The notes below the pieces were generated by a model. The model saw only the letters and a list, made by a program, of their open reading frames with translations. It had not been told where the DNA came from and made no database searches. The translations under genes were made by a program, and so were the position numbers. A stretch of DNA of 64,000 bases from Podarcis tiliguerta. Taxonomy: Eukaryota. The number at the start of each line of letters is the position of its first letter. The stretch's first letter is position 1. Shown one piece after another: positions 25,711-37,688 of the stretch. Location: assembly GCA_965153285.1 (NCBI GenBank), contig OZ229110.1; one strand, given 5' to 3'.

Positions 25711-26957
25711 TAGTTTAGAACTACGATGCCTCTTTCTTTTGCTGTGTCAAGAAAGAAGGCTAGTGTGCATAAATCAAGTTGGTTTATGTTGCTGGAGCTC
25801 CCTGGAGAAGGGGATGCCTTTTTCAGAGCTATGCTCACCGGAGGATGCTCAGAGATCCAGGGGGGCTGCAGATAGCCCGGATCATTCTCCCAACAGGTAC
25901 CACTGTAAATAAATAAAACTACTTAACTAACTGACCAATTGTACCACAGATAACTCAGCTCTGCCCCCCTAACATAAAGCCTTCTCCCCTAAAATAAATC
26001 CTGGCTGTGCCTATGCTGATGAGTACTCGATTCTGGAAGCCTATAGCAGTAGCAGGATTATTTATGGCTGGGAGGTAGATAACGACCGTAGACACACACA
26101 CCCCAACTCTTTTCTGATGCACTGCCAGGGAAGCCAGAAGATTTGGCTTGCAAGAATTTTGCCATAACCAGGGGAGCTTTATTTATTTGCACGTTGTCAT
26201 TAGCTCAGAGTGGATGTAGATGTCTGTAGCAGGACTATTGCTGGTTGAGATGAACCAATCCCAATAGGGCTTGCATTTGGCATCCACTTTAAAAGTCACT
26301 GCTTGCCCTATACTGGCTCCGCACCTGACATCACATGAAGTTAGGTGTGGGGCAGGTGGGTGTGGTTTGGGGAAACCAACTTTGCAGGGCGTATTAGGAC
26401 CCCAGCAGTTCTAATATGGCACACAGACCAGAGGTTTCTCACGCCTGCTGTAAGGCATGTCTCCAATCTTGTTTGAGGCTGTGGGATTTTTTTTGGAACA
26501 ATAGACAAACACTTAGATGGCATAGCCTGCAGAGCTGGTTATTTTCCCAGTAATTGCAGAAGATGTCTAGTTTTGGCCAGCAGAAACCTCAGTCTCCTGT
26601 ACCACCTAAACTTGTTTGATGACCCTAGTTTGTAAAGAAGAGGCTGAAACCTCAGTTTCATATTCTGTATGCCCGCTTTCTCTGGAACACTCTTTTACAA
26701 ATGCAATATGTATGTTGGAAGCCTTTTAAAAAGTTTCTTGCACAATATGAAGAAGGAAACACCATATTTGGTGCAATATACACTGCTAATACTAATTAAA
26801 ATATAATCACAGATATTTCCATGATCACCCCATGACAACAAAACTGCAGCTGTTGCCTGAAAGCTGCTGTGTGTGCCTCTGTGATCTATGATTAACCCAT
26901 CTTCATGAATCGACCCCCTCCCCTTCGTATACCTCAGCCATAATAGCAATAGCCATA

Positions 26958-27670
26958 GTGTAGATCCCGAGTGAGGATTGTGGTAAGAATTCACCTCTAC
27001 ACCATCTTGTTTGTTACCCAGGTGAGGAACAACCACCTTTTGAATAAACCACAGAACCAAGGAAGCTATTTCCAAGTCCAGCATCCAGATTTAGGGACCC
27101 AGCATTTATTATAGCTAGTGCAAAAGGACAGAGTTCACTCACTCAACTCAACCTGCCAGTTGAGAAGGTTTGCCCCAAGGCATTTCAGAATAAGAGCTTA
27201 TTATATTATAGTTTGAACACAGCAAACAAAGAGGCATAAAACATCTTCACATACAGGTCATGAGATGTAAAGCACACATGCCTCCATACTGCTGTCTTCA
27301 CCCCCGCATCACCTTGGAGTGGTCCCGATGTGCCCAGGCCATTAGACCATTTTAGGTCTCAGATGTCCAGTGCTACCCTGGCAACCTAGCCTTCCGTGAG
27401 GGAAGAACATCATAAAATCCTCTTCCTGGGTCTCAGATAGCTTCAAGGATAGCTGATTTACATTCTGGTGCTAAAACATCCTGCCATTTGTACCACTTTC
27501 AGGGGTAGATAAGGAGCGATGGAATGCAGTGTAGGAGGGCGAGACTTACAAATGCAGAACAAACAAAAATCAAGCCTAATGCATAAAAGGTTAAATGCAA
27601 TTAAAGTGAAACATTGAAACATTATTAAAATAATAAAAATTTACACTTGGGGTCTCTAATTCTTCTATCA
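26958..27670 (-). mobile_element. LTR-like element (tentative)
   Basis: TG...CA bounded, antisense polyA signal (atttatt near 27104); no TSD verified. Confidence 0.3.
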
Positions 27671-27691
27671 GTATGATTTGGTATGCATGTT

Positions 27692-27914
27692 CAGTGGTAC
27701 CTCGGGTTAAGAACTTAATTCGTTCTGGAGGTCCGTTCTTAATCTGAAACTGTTCTTAACCTGAGGAACCACTTTAGCTAATGGGGCCTCCCGCTGTCGC
27801 TGCGCTGCCGCACGATTTCTGTTCTCATCCTGAAGCAAAGTTCTTAACCCGAGGTACTATTTCTGGGTCAGCGGAGTCTGTAACCTGAAGCGTCCATAAC
27901 CTGAAGCACCACTG
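27692..27914 (-). mobile_element. Tigger-like MITE
   Basis: CAGTGGTACCTCGGG start; body is the reverse complement of the 20908 copy; ends CACCACTG followed by TA. Confidence 0.92.
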
Positions 27915-28660
27915 TATTTATGGATGATTCACATTTGTGGCCTATAACAAGGCTACCTTGTCAATAATGGTTTTTCTACTCTATGCTTGTTTAGGCAGGT
28001 ATTTATTTCTGTGGTTGAAATAATACATGTGCCTAAAATGAATGGACAGGCTAGCAGTTTTCTTGCTCCCCTCCACCTTGGTTTCTATAGTGGGCTCCAC
28101 TATGGCTGTAACACCAAACTATAGTTGATCCTTCACAACCAAAGCAAAGCTAGTGTACTTCTTTTTCCTGTTTCTTCTTCCCTTGTAGTCAGGAGGTGAA
28201 CTTCTTCTGTGTTTAGTGTCACTTTCAGACAGTCTCAGCTTAGCGTTACGTATGAACAAGTGTTCCTGTTTTAAAACAAACAAACAAGACACTTGCTTTA
28301 TAACCCATGGTCTGAAGCTGGCTTGTTTAGCAACAGCTATGTTATGGGTGAACTGGCTTATGATGTGTGAAGCTGGCCTGAATTCCTTATGGCTGAAATG
28401 ATAACAGAAGCTACTACCTAGGACTCTGCTGCTGTTTGATGGGAGTGTGTGTTCTGCCCATGCCTGAGGGAGTCCAGTGCTCTCCCTTAGGAAGCTGTTG
28501 CCTGGGATTGTACATCACTCCTGCACTTCAGAACTCCTTGAGCAACACAATCTGCTCCTTCAGAACACTGGTTTCATTTTGTGCTCCTGCCTGCAACTCC
28601 TCAGGTAAGACATCCTGCTGTTCCTTGGGAAAAGAAAAAGCCTTTTCCTGTTGTACTTAC

Positions 28661-28713
28661 TTGTGAGTGGCTTCTAATTTCTCCCCGACACCCGATACAG
28701 TATCTGCAAGCAT
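28661..28713 (-). CDS. Candidate exon (MLADTVSGVGEKLEATH)
   Basis: Acceptor ctatgctttag directly followed by ATG; donor AA|GTAAGT; open frame. Confidence 0.25.
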
Positions 28714-29479
28714 CTAAAGCATAGAACTACACGTGGGACCCCCAATCTCAACCAACTCAGATTCCCAAGACACCAGTGAAGTCGCCCAGTTCAGAAACTG
28801 AGCCACAGGTGCCCATGCTTTCTCAGGAACCCACCCAGCTTTGTGCCTCTGACCTGCGCTCCCATCGCTTTGTCTGCAGTGTTCTTCCCCCAAAATGGCA
28901 TCACCTCCAAATCCTGCTGACCACACGAATTGTTCTGCCAAAGGCAGATGTTCTTTTAGAATTTGGAGTCACTCCAAATGGATTCCCACAGATGGGGTGA
29001 AGGCTAAATATTTTATTAACAGTTGAGAGAAAACTACAGAACAAGATGAACCGAGAGAAAACTACAGAGCATTACAATTACCTTACATCCCTTCTGCTGT
29101 TGGGAACCCCTCTGAGAACAAGTGATTGGATCTCTGGAGCTGGCCAGTACACAGCACCTTTCTGTGGTCTTTCAGTCCACATTGAGGTTCAGTAGTGTTC
29201 TCATGACTTACCTACAGTTAACTCTCACATTAATCACATCTGCTATTTGGGTTATACTTCATGGGCCTTGACAATGTTTATATTTTTCTTATAAGATCAG
29301 AGGATTACTTTATATATGGCATGTAGCCAACACAGATAACTACCCATATACTCCTGTATTAGCTGGTACTGTGGGATTCTGCTAAGGGCTTGTCTTAAAG
29401 ATTGAAATTCCCAAGCTGTACCATCTCAGCCTATAACTGAATATTTCATAGACTAAGAAGGGAGGGGGAAACAGAATTA

Positions 29480-29760
29480 ACCGCTTAAAGGACCCAGGTC
29501 CAGAATGATAAATAGTCACCTAAACTCCTCAAAATCATAATTGTCTTCCCTGGTTTCCTAATACATGGGCGTTTTTGAACTGTCTTCAAATGCAGACTCA
29601 CAGCAATCAAACCTGGATGTGATGAGTGCATGATTACTAAAGCAAGATCTGATCTTTTTAGACACAGTTGCATTTGGCATTGCAGCATAAGATGGCAGGA
29701 GACACTCCTGGCCACAGAGGCAAGCTGTGCTTCCACAGGAGGTCCCCAAAGCTACTAACT
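29480..29760 (-). mobile_element. L2 LINE ORF2 fragment
   Basis: EAQLASVARS...DLALV and HALITSRFDCC correspond to the L2 HALVTSRLDYCN region. Confidence 0.8.
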
Positions 29761-30538
29761 TGATCCTTTAGAGAGAAGGCAACTTCATCCTAGATCAGTA
29801 ATATCTGTTGTGACATTCTACTCAGATCCAGAGTAGATTCCAATGTATATTCCAGTGTAACAACTTAAACATGTAGGAGGATTCCCAAAAAGTATACCAG
29901 AGGCAATTGTATTTCATCCAGCAGAGCTTTACTGCTACTGATGGCAAATGAGCATAATGGTCACAAATCCAATACGTTCAGGATTGGCACTGTCCATAAG
30001 AAATCCAGTTGCAGCAGACTTAAACTTACAACAACTTATAATAAGTATAAACCTTAACACTTTATACAGAACACCACATCAGACGGACAAGAAATAGAAA
30101 AAGAAAGTGTGAAAGTCGGGCTCCTTCTGGCCTCTTCTGGCCTCTGAAGTCAGCATGAGCTTCACAGAAAAAGATAACAGAACCGGTTTAAACCAGCTGT
30201 ACTCAGCTTCTCTGAAAGAATAACCCAAACTTCATGAAGTTTCTGTCACACAGAGAAGCTTCCAGAACCCTCTTGAATTAAGTAGAATAGGAAAGATCTC
30301 TACACATCAGATCCAAACTTTCTCCACTAAGAAATGCAAACTGACAGTATCACCCCCTTCAAATCAGTCAGCTTCCTCACTTGGAGACCCAAGTTTGAGA
30401 AGCCCTGCCAAAGAAACATTAAAGATGCCAGTAAAAAAGAAGGGTTTTTGCAAAAAATAAATTTAAAAATTTAAAAATAAAATTAACAATAAAGAGAGTA
30501 AAACCTATCAGATACATTCTTATTGTGGACCTTATCTT

Positions 30539-30783
30539 TGTGTAGTGGTTAAGAGCGGTAGTCTCGTAATCTGGGGAACCGGGTTCGTGTCTCCACTCCT
30601 CCACATGCAGCTGCTGGGTGACCTTGGGCCAGTCACACTTCTTTGAAGTCTCTCAGCCCCACTCACCCCACAGAGTGTTTGTTGTGGGGGAGGAAGGGAA
30701 AGGAGAATGTTAACCGCTTTGAGACTCCTGAAGGGGAGTGAAAGGCGGGATATCAAATCCAAACTCTTCTTCTCCTTCTTCTT
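30539..30783 (+). mobile_element. Squam3-like tRNA-derived SINE
   Basis: tgtagtggttaagagc A box, gggttcg B box, GTGACCTTGGGC core, (CTT)n tail. Confidence 0.85.
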
Positions 30784-31568
30784 GAGCCCCCTTGGATGCT
30801 GAATGTAGAAAGGTGGGGTATAAATTTAAGTAACTAATTTTAAAAAGTAATTGCACACACATTTCAGTAAAATGCATAGAATAGCAGAAGACATTACTAC
30901 TTTACTCCATGCATGTAACCTAGCACACACCTTAAATTTACTTAAGGTTCATAGCTACCAGGCTCCTTTTTATTTTAAGGTTAAGTTTAGAGTCCCAGAA
31001 GCTTTTCCTTATATAATTTTGATGGAAAACCACAGTGCAGCCAGTACGTACTTTTAAATAAAAGATATTTTAAGGACATTTCAGTATGTCCTTTTCTTCT
31101 GGGTCACTGCATTCACATTCAGCAACAAAAGGATGTGGTCTTTATGCAATTTTTCCCTTTGAGCATTCAGTTTTAAATGCACTGGCCTAATGCGAAAGGT
31201 CAGTACCTCAACGGAAGAAAAACAATAACTATGTGACATGATGTCACACACAGAAGTCTTGTAATTTGCTTTTATCCGTTGTTATTTTTTTCTGAATGTA
31301 TTACATTTTTATGCAGCACTTGTGTCTTCTCTTTAATTTTTCCTCTTGCTGCTACCTTGAACTCTTAAGTTTCATGGGGACAGCACCTCCTGTCAGCTAG
31401 GAGGTGCCAATTTACTACTGTGAAAGAGAAGACTGAGTTTTCTCAACTCACTGGCAACTGTCCTTGACTTTCTAAGGAACAGCTGTATCAGCTGAAGGCC
31501 CTGTCAGTTGGCAGCATTAGTGATGCCAGTACTATTTCTTAAATTATTTCTTTTGAGATAGGCATACA

Positions 31569-33061
31569 GTGGGCCTTAGAAAGCACTGCAAATAACAAGG
31601 CCAGTGGAAGTGATGGTATTCCAGCTGAACTATTTAAAATTTTAAAAGATGATGCTGTGAAGGTGCTACACTCAATATGCCAGCAAGTTTGGAAAACTCA
31701 GCAGTGGCCAGAGGATTGGAAAAGATCAGTCTACATCCCAATCCCAAAGAAGGGCAGTGCCAAAGAATGCTCCACCGCACAATTGCACTCATTTCACACG
31801 CTAGCAAAGTTATGCTTAAAATTCTACAAGGAAGGCTCAAGCAGTATGTGGACTGAGAACTCCCAGAAGTGCAAGCTGGATTTAGAAGAGGCAGAGGAAC
31901 CAGAGACCAAATTGTAAACATGCGCTGGATTATGGAGAAAGCTAGAGAGTTCCAGAAAGACATCTACTTCTGCTTCATTGACTATGCAAAAGCCTTTGAC
32001 TGTGTCGACCACAGCAAACTATGGCAAGTTCTTAAAGGAATGGGAGTGCCTGATCACCTCATCTGTCTCCTGAGAAATCTCTATGTGGATCAAGAAGCTA
32101 CAGTTAGAACTGGATATGGAACAACTGATTGGTTCAAAATTGGGAAAGGAGTACGGCAAGGCTGTATTTTGTCTCCCTGTTTATTTAACTTATATGCAGA
32201 ATTCATCATGCGAAAGGCTGGGCTGGATGAATCCCAAGCCGGAATTAAGATTGCTGGAAGAAATATCAACAACCTCAGATATGCAGATGACACAACCTTG
32301 ATGGCAGAAAGTGAGGAGGAATTAAAGAACCTTTTATTGAGGGTGAAAGAGGAGAGCGCAAAATATGGTCTGAAGCTCAACATCAAAAAAACGAAGATCA
32401 TGGCCACTGGTCCCATCACCTCCTGGCAAATAGAAGGGGAAGAAATGGAGGCAGTGAGAGATTTTACTTTCTTGGGCTCCATGATCACTGCAGATGGTGA
32501 CAGCAGCCATGAAATTAAGAGACGCCTGCTTCTTGGGAGGAAAGCAATGACAAACCTAGACAGCATCTTAAAAAGTAGAGACATCACCTTGCCAACAAAG
32601 GTCCGTATAGTAAAAGCTATGGTTTTCCCAGTAGTGATGTATGGAAGTGAGAGCTGGACCATAAAGAAGGCTGATCCCTGAATAATTGATGCTTTTGAAT
32701 TATGGTGCTGGAGGAGACTCTTGAGAGTCCCATGGACTGCAAGAAGATCAACCTATCCATTCTGAAGGAAATCAGCCCTGAGTGCTCACTGGAAGGACAG
32801 ATCGTGAAGCTGAGGCTCCAGTACTTTGGTCACCTCATGAGAAGAGAAGACTCCCTGGAAAAGACCCTGATGTTGGGAAAGATGGGAGGGCACAAGGAGA
32901 AGGGGACGACAGAGGATGAGATGGTTGGATAGTGTCTTCGAAGCTACAAACATGAGTCTGACCAAACTGTGGGAGGCAGTGGAAGACAGAACTGCCTGGC
33001 GTGCTCTGGTCCATGGGGTCACGAAGAGTCGGACACGACTAAACGACTAAACAACAACAAA
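31569..33061 (+). mobile_element. BovB LINE, 5'-truncated, with 270-aa open RT segment
   Basis: ORF 31869-32681 (QAGFRRGRGTRDQI...YADD...); (CAA)n tail; 9-bp TSD AGGCATACA at 31560-31568 and 33062-33070. Confidence 0.97.
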
Positions 33062-33523
33062 AGGCATACAATATTATGATTATTGTATTCAGAGCAGTTG
33101 GGTTTCGATCATCATACTCACTTTCTTCCACAATGTCAATTATAAAAGATAGAATTTAGTAACTGAGTTTTTATTATTATCATTGCTGTCAATTCAGCTT
33201 TTAGATGTTTTTGGTATGTTAAATGATGAGCCACTCTTCTCTCAGTGAACTTTATAGATTTTTCATTCTGATAGTAAACACACATCTTTAGTAGTGTGAT
33301 CTTTCTGCATTTATCCTGCACACAATTATTGGGTAGGAAAGAGTTGCAACTTTAGACCTTCTGTTGCCTGAGCAACCCCATGCTTTCATGCTCATTATGG
33401 CCTGCAGCACCTACCGCTTAACCTGTGTTCCTCGCCCCACCCCACAATCTAAACATGATATATCACACAGAAATGCACACCACTTTACGTCCATTGGCAT
33501 AGAAGCCATTTTACTTGGAGATA

Positions 33524-33765
33524 CAGTGGTACCTCGGGTTAAGACCTTAATTTGTTCCGGAGGCCCGTACTTAACCTGAAACTGTATTTAACCTGAAGCA
33601 CCACTTTAGCTAATGGGGCCTCCTGCTGCTGCCACGCCGCCACAGCTCGATTTCTGTTCTCATTCTGAAGCAAAGTTCTTAACCTGAAGCACTATTTTTG
33701 GGTTAGCGGAGTCTGTAACCTGAAGCGTATGTAACCTGAAGTGTATGTAACCTGAGGTACCACTG
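33524..33765 (-). mobile_element. Tigger-like MITE, full length
   Basis: TIRs CAGTGGTACCTC; TA TSD. Confidence 0.95.
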
Positions 33766-33964
33766 TAGATATTTTTGCCTAGCTAGAAAATGTTCAGATC
33801 ATTGTATTTATGATGATAGGCAAAGGTATCTGGGATCAATAACACAACTTTGTCAGATTGATGGAATGGCATGCATTAACTAATAAATCCTACATAATTG
33901 CCTGGACTTTGTGCTAAATTTGTGACCCTTATATTATTCTGTTTGCCCTGGTGTGTTTCTAACC

Positions 33965-34150
33965 TCAATGTAAAGTGCTGGTTTTGACCTTAAAACCCTA
34001 AAAGTTTTAAGACAAGGCTACCTGGAGGATTGCCTTCACTGTATAAGCCTGCCTGCCCTTTGAGATCACCTCAAAAGCCCTGCTTGTGTGCCCACCAGCT
34101 GTCAGGCTTGAGGGGCATGAAGGAGGGTGTTTAATCTTCAGCTATTTGTG
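33965..34150 (+). mobile_element. L2 LINE 3' ORF fragment, degenerate
   Basis: aaagtgctggttttgacct..aaaacccta..ggctacctg..ttgagatc resembles the L2 KVLVLT.KAL...YL...LRS region. Confidence 0.6.
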
Positions 34151-34586
34151 TAGAATTTCACTACAAGCTGAGTTAAAGGTTAAAAGGCTTTATTTCTGAT
34201 CAGGCCTGGGAAACTGCATGTTTCCAACCAGCCCACAACTCTTCTTCAACTCTCCAGGATCTGGTCTCCTGGGTCATAGCAGTTTCTCTTAAAGGGGCCA
34301 TATGCCATATATTGTATTGATAATGAATGCTTTACAGAGGGATAGAGTCTTTTCATCTGTGGCCTCATGTCTGTAGAACCCTGTTCCAGTAAAAATATGT
34401 GATAATTGCAGGCAATCAGGTGGGGTCTAAAGACCTATTTGCTTACAGATGCCTTCTTTTGAACGTGGCTACTGTCACTCTGTGCAACCTACCTCACAGG
34501 GTTGTTGTGAGCATAAAAATGGGAAGGAGGAAAACCATGGAGGTGACAGTGAGGCCCTAAAATAAAGGGTATAAAAATTACTACTA

Positions 34587-34765
34587 CAGTGGTACCTCAG
34601 GTTAAGAACTTCTTAACCTGAGGTACCACTTTAGCTAATGGGGCCTGCCGCCGCGCCGCCACTGCACAATTTCTGTTGTCATCCTGAGGTACTATTTCTG
34701 GGTTAACAGAGTCTGTAACCTGAAGCGTCTGTAACCTAAAGCTTCTGTAACCAGAGGTACCACTG
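34587..34765 (-). mobile_element. Tigger-like MITE with internal deletions
   Basis: Both TIRs present; TA TSD. Confidence 0.92.
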
Positions 34766-34767
34766 TA

Positions 34768-34890
34768 CAGTGGAACCTTGGTTTAAGAACAGTTTAGTTT
34801 ATGAGCAACTTGGATTAAGAACGCTGCAAACCCGGAAGCAGCTGTTTTGGTTTGTGAACTTTGCCTTGGAAGCAGAACACGTACTTGGTT
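34768..34890. mobile_element. Truncated related Tc1/mariner MITE abutting the previous copy
   Basis: CAGTGGAACCTTGG begins right after the shared TA at 34766-34767. Confidence 0.65.
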
Positions 34891-35271
34891 TAACTGAAAC
34901 TCCCTTCCAAGCAAAGTGCCTAAGACTGCGGCCTGAAACTACTCTCAAGGCTGGCTGGCTGGTAAATAAATGAGTACTGGACATGTGGACAGTCCAGAAT
35001 ATGGATCGTTAAGTAGGTAAGTGGCAATGTGCATTCTGGAAGCAGTTCAGTCTGAAGCTTGATAAGACTAGGTGGAACTGCATTACACCTTGAGTAACTG
35101 ATCACTTGCATGGTATAGGGCGGTGTATGAATTCAATCAATCAATCAATCAATCGATGTTAACAGCATAAACCATAATCGCCTTTGATGGCATGTAAATA
35201 AACATTATGGCTTTCAGTCCTGGGTTCAAATAATGTAGGTCTGCTTACTTATTTGACTTCAGAGCTAATTG

Positions 35272-35999
35272 TGTGGCAAGGTCCCAAGCCCTCCTGGGGA
35301 CTGGCACAAAGACACATGAAACAGTATTTTTGATTAATGGGAGAAAAAGGCCACAACTTTATTGGTTACAGAATGTGGGTGGTATTGGCTTAGGCATTGG
35401 AAACCACATGACTATATCTGACTCCTGCCCATCTGCAGGAGTCTTGGAAGGGTTAACCACCAACAGGGGGAGCCCTGCTGATTCACATCAACTAGGAACT
35501 CCCCCAGGGTCACCGCTAGGGGTTGTGGCAGGGCCCTAGGCCCCCGTCTGGGGCTTCGGACGGAGGCCACGCCCCCCGGATTCCTTTAACGGAATACCCT
35601 TGAATTAGGAGGGGTAGGTGATGGCCACTACCTCCCCTCACCTTCAGCCTAATACTCCAATGCCTAACTGCCAAACCTTACAAAGTTGTGACGATTTGCT
35701 ACAAGGTAGGCGGAAAAACCAATTTGCCAAGTGGAAAAATTCCTACCAGGCCCCTTGGACAACCAAGGTGACCAACTGAGGTCCATAGCAAGGTCAAGAA
35801 ATAAAAGAGCCTAACCTAAGGGAGGGAGGGCAAGAGAAATGGCCAAGCAGGGAGAAAAACAGGGGCAAGTCCTCAGTCGTGGGCAGTTTAAATAGCCCGT
35901 GCCATGCCCCCGGACCGTCGAAATTGGACAGCCTAAGGGTGACGTGGCTGAGGACCATTCAATGGCGCAGGGAGGGCTTGCTCCCAGCCCGCAACGACA
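35272..35999 (-). mobile_element. LTR- or DIRS-like terminal repeat (~730 bp)
   Basis: TG...CA ends; on the minus strand CCAAT, TATTTAAA (35887-35894) and AATAAA (35358-35363); no TSD. Confidence 0.6.
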
Positions 36000-37120
36000 T
36001 CTCCCCGGGAACGGGAAATGGTTCTGTCAAAGTTTAAATCAGCATTTTGTGAGAAATTGGCTAATTTGTTTATTTCTGGTCAATTTTACTTGGACATGTT
36101 TTACCCAGCATTCCATTCCATTTTCACTTTAACTTGCATTTTTTAAATCCTCCCAGAATGCTATTTAAATGCATATTCTAATACATATTTAAGCCTATTT
36201 TTTCCTCAACATACCTACGAAGAAAAATGTTTCTTTCAAGATATTTCTTAAAATGTTTTGCTTACAAGAGTCTTATTCAAATGTGGACTTTTCTACATTT
36301 AAATTTAGTCTGAGAGGTGCAGTTCAAGTCATCTTGAACAGGAATTTGCAAAAAATGAATTATTCAAGAATCCCTAAGTTCAATGCACACCTCTAATTAG
36401 CAAGTTTTTTTTACTCTGACCATTAAGGGACCTACTTTAATTAGATTTTTGCATCATCTTCTGGTTGGTAAGGGGTGAACTAATTTTTTAAAAGGAAATA
36501 TTTCATCTTAGTTTCCATTCTTGAAGGATGCAAAGTTCTCAGAACTTGTTTCTTTAATCTGCATATGTAATTCATCTAAAGACATAAATACAGCTTACTT
36601 ACAAGAACATGCGCTTAAGAGTGGGATGTACAGCTGTGTAGGCGGGCTTTTTCTCATTATTTCCATTCAGAAGCAAACACTAATTGATTATATTTTTAGA
36701 TGCACACTACTAAATTCTATTTTAAAAAAATGATATAATACATATACCGTAGTTTATGCATATATGTGGTTAATTCAATACAATTTTATGTTTGCATAGA
36801 GCACATTTTTCTAATAACGGAAGCTAATTCTTCTTCTTTATACATATGATAACAAAACATTTTCCAGATATACAGTTTTAGTATCACCAGTAGTTAGACT
36901 ATTTTGTTTGTATGCAGAACCTTCTGATTAAGTATTGGGCAGAAATCTCCTCCCACTGTTTTTTTGTTTGTTTTTTTGGCTGTCAAATATTTACAAAGAG
37001 ATTGAAGCTACAAACCAAAGATACTTTTTAGGATTTTGTTATGATTTACATTTGTGAGGCTGTGGATAACAAAAAGCAGAAAGAGGCATTTTCTTATCTA
37101 TCCCTGTTACATTAGAAAAG

Positions 37121-37688
37121 NNNNNNNNNNNNNNNNNNNNNNNNNNNNNNNNNNNNNNNNNNNNNNNNNNNNNNNNNNNNNNNNNNNNNNNNNNNNNNNN
37201 NNNNNNNNNNNNNNNNNNNNNNNNNNNNNNNNNNNNNNNNNNNNNNNNNNNNNNNNNNNNNNNNNNNNNNNNNNNNNNNNNNNNNNNNNNNNNNNNNNNN
37301 NNNNNNNNNNNNNNNNNNNNNNNNGAACCCATAGATGGCTCCAAGAAGCAATCATCTCAGTATGGGGCTGCATTGGATGCTGTACAAATGATCACATTTG
37401 TGTTGAATACTCACTCATTTAAATGTCAGCACTGATGGGGCGGTACATCACTAGGAAAAAAAAATGAAAAATAAATACACAGCAGCTGAAGACTATCAAA
37501 TCTGCGGGCCCTCTTTAGAGATATNNNNNNNNNNNNNNNNNNNNNNNNNNNNNNNNNNNNNNNNNNNNNNNNNNNNNNNNNNNNNNNNNNNNNNNNNNNN
37601 NNNNNNNNNNNNNNNNNNNNNNNNNNNNNNNNNNNNNNNNNNNNNNNNNNNNNNNNNNNNNNNNNNNNNNNNNNNNNNNNNNNNNNNN
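37121..37688. other. Two assembly gaps (37121-37324, 37525-37688) around a 200-bp contig
   Basis: Runs of n. Confidence 1.

Larger units (their letters stand above)
25167..25895 (+). mobile_element. Solo LTR, layer 3
   Basis: TGTTAGGA...TCCCAACA inverted TG/CA ends; approximate TSD ggtga/ggtac inside the right TIR of layer 2. Confidence 0.75.
24931..25905. mobile_element. Tc1/mariner MITE (second Tigger-like family), layer 2, split by a solo LTR
   Basis: CAGTAGTACCTTG start, GGTACCACTG end, TA on both sides. Confidence 0.88.
24876..26015. mobile_element. hAT MITE, outer layer (1) of nested stack
   Basis: TIR CATGGGCGTAGCCAGG / CCTGGCTGTGCCTATG; 8-bp TSD CTGGTGAG (24868-24875) vs CTGATGAG (26016-26023). 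Confidence 0.85.
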
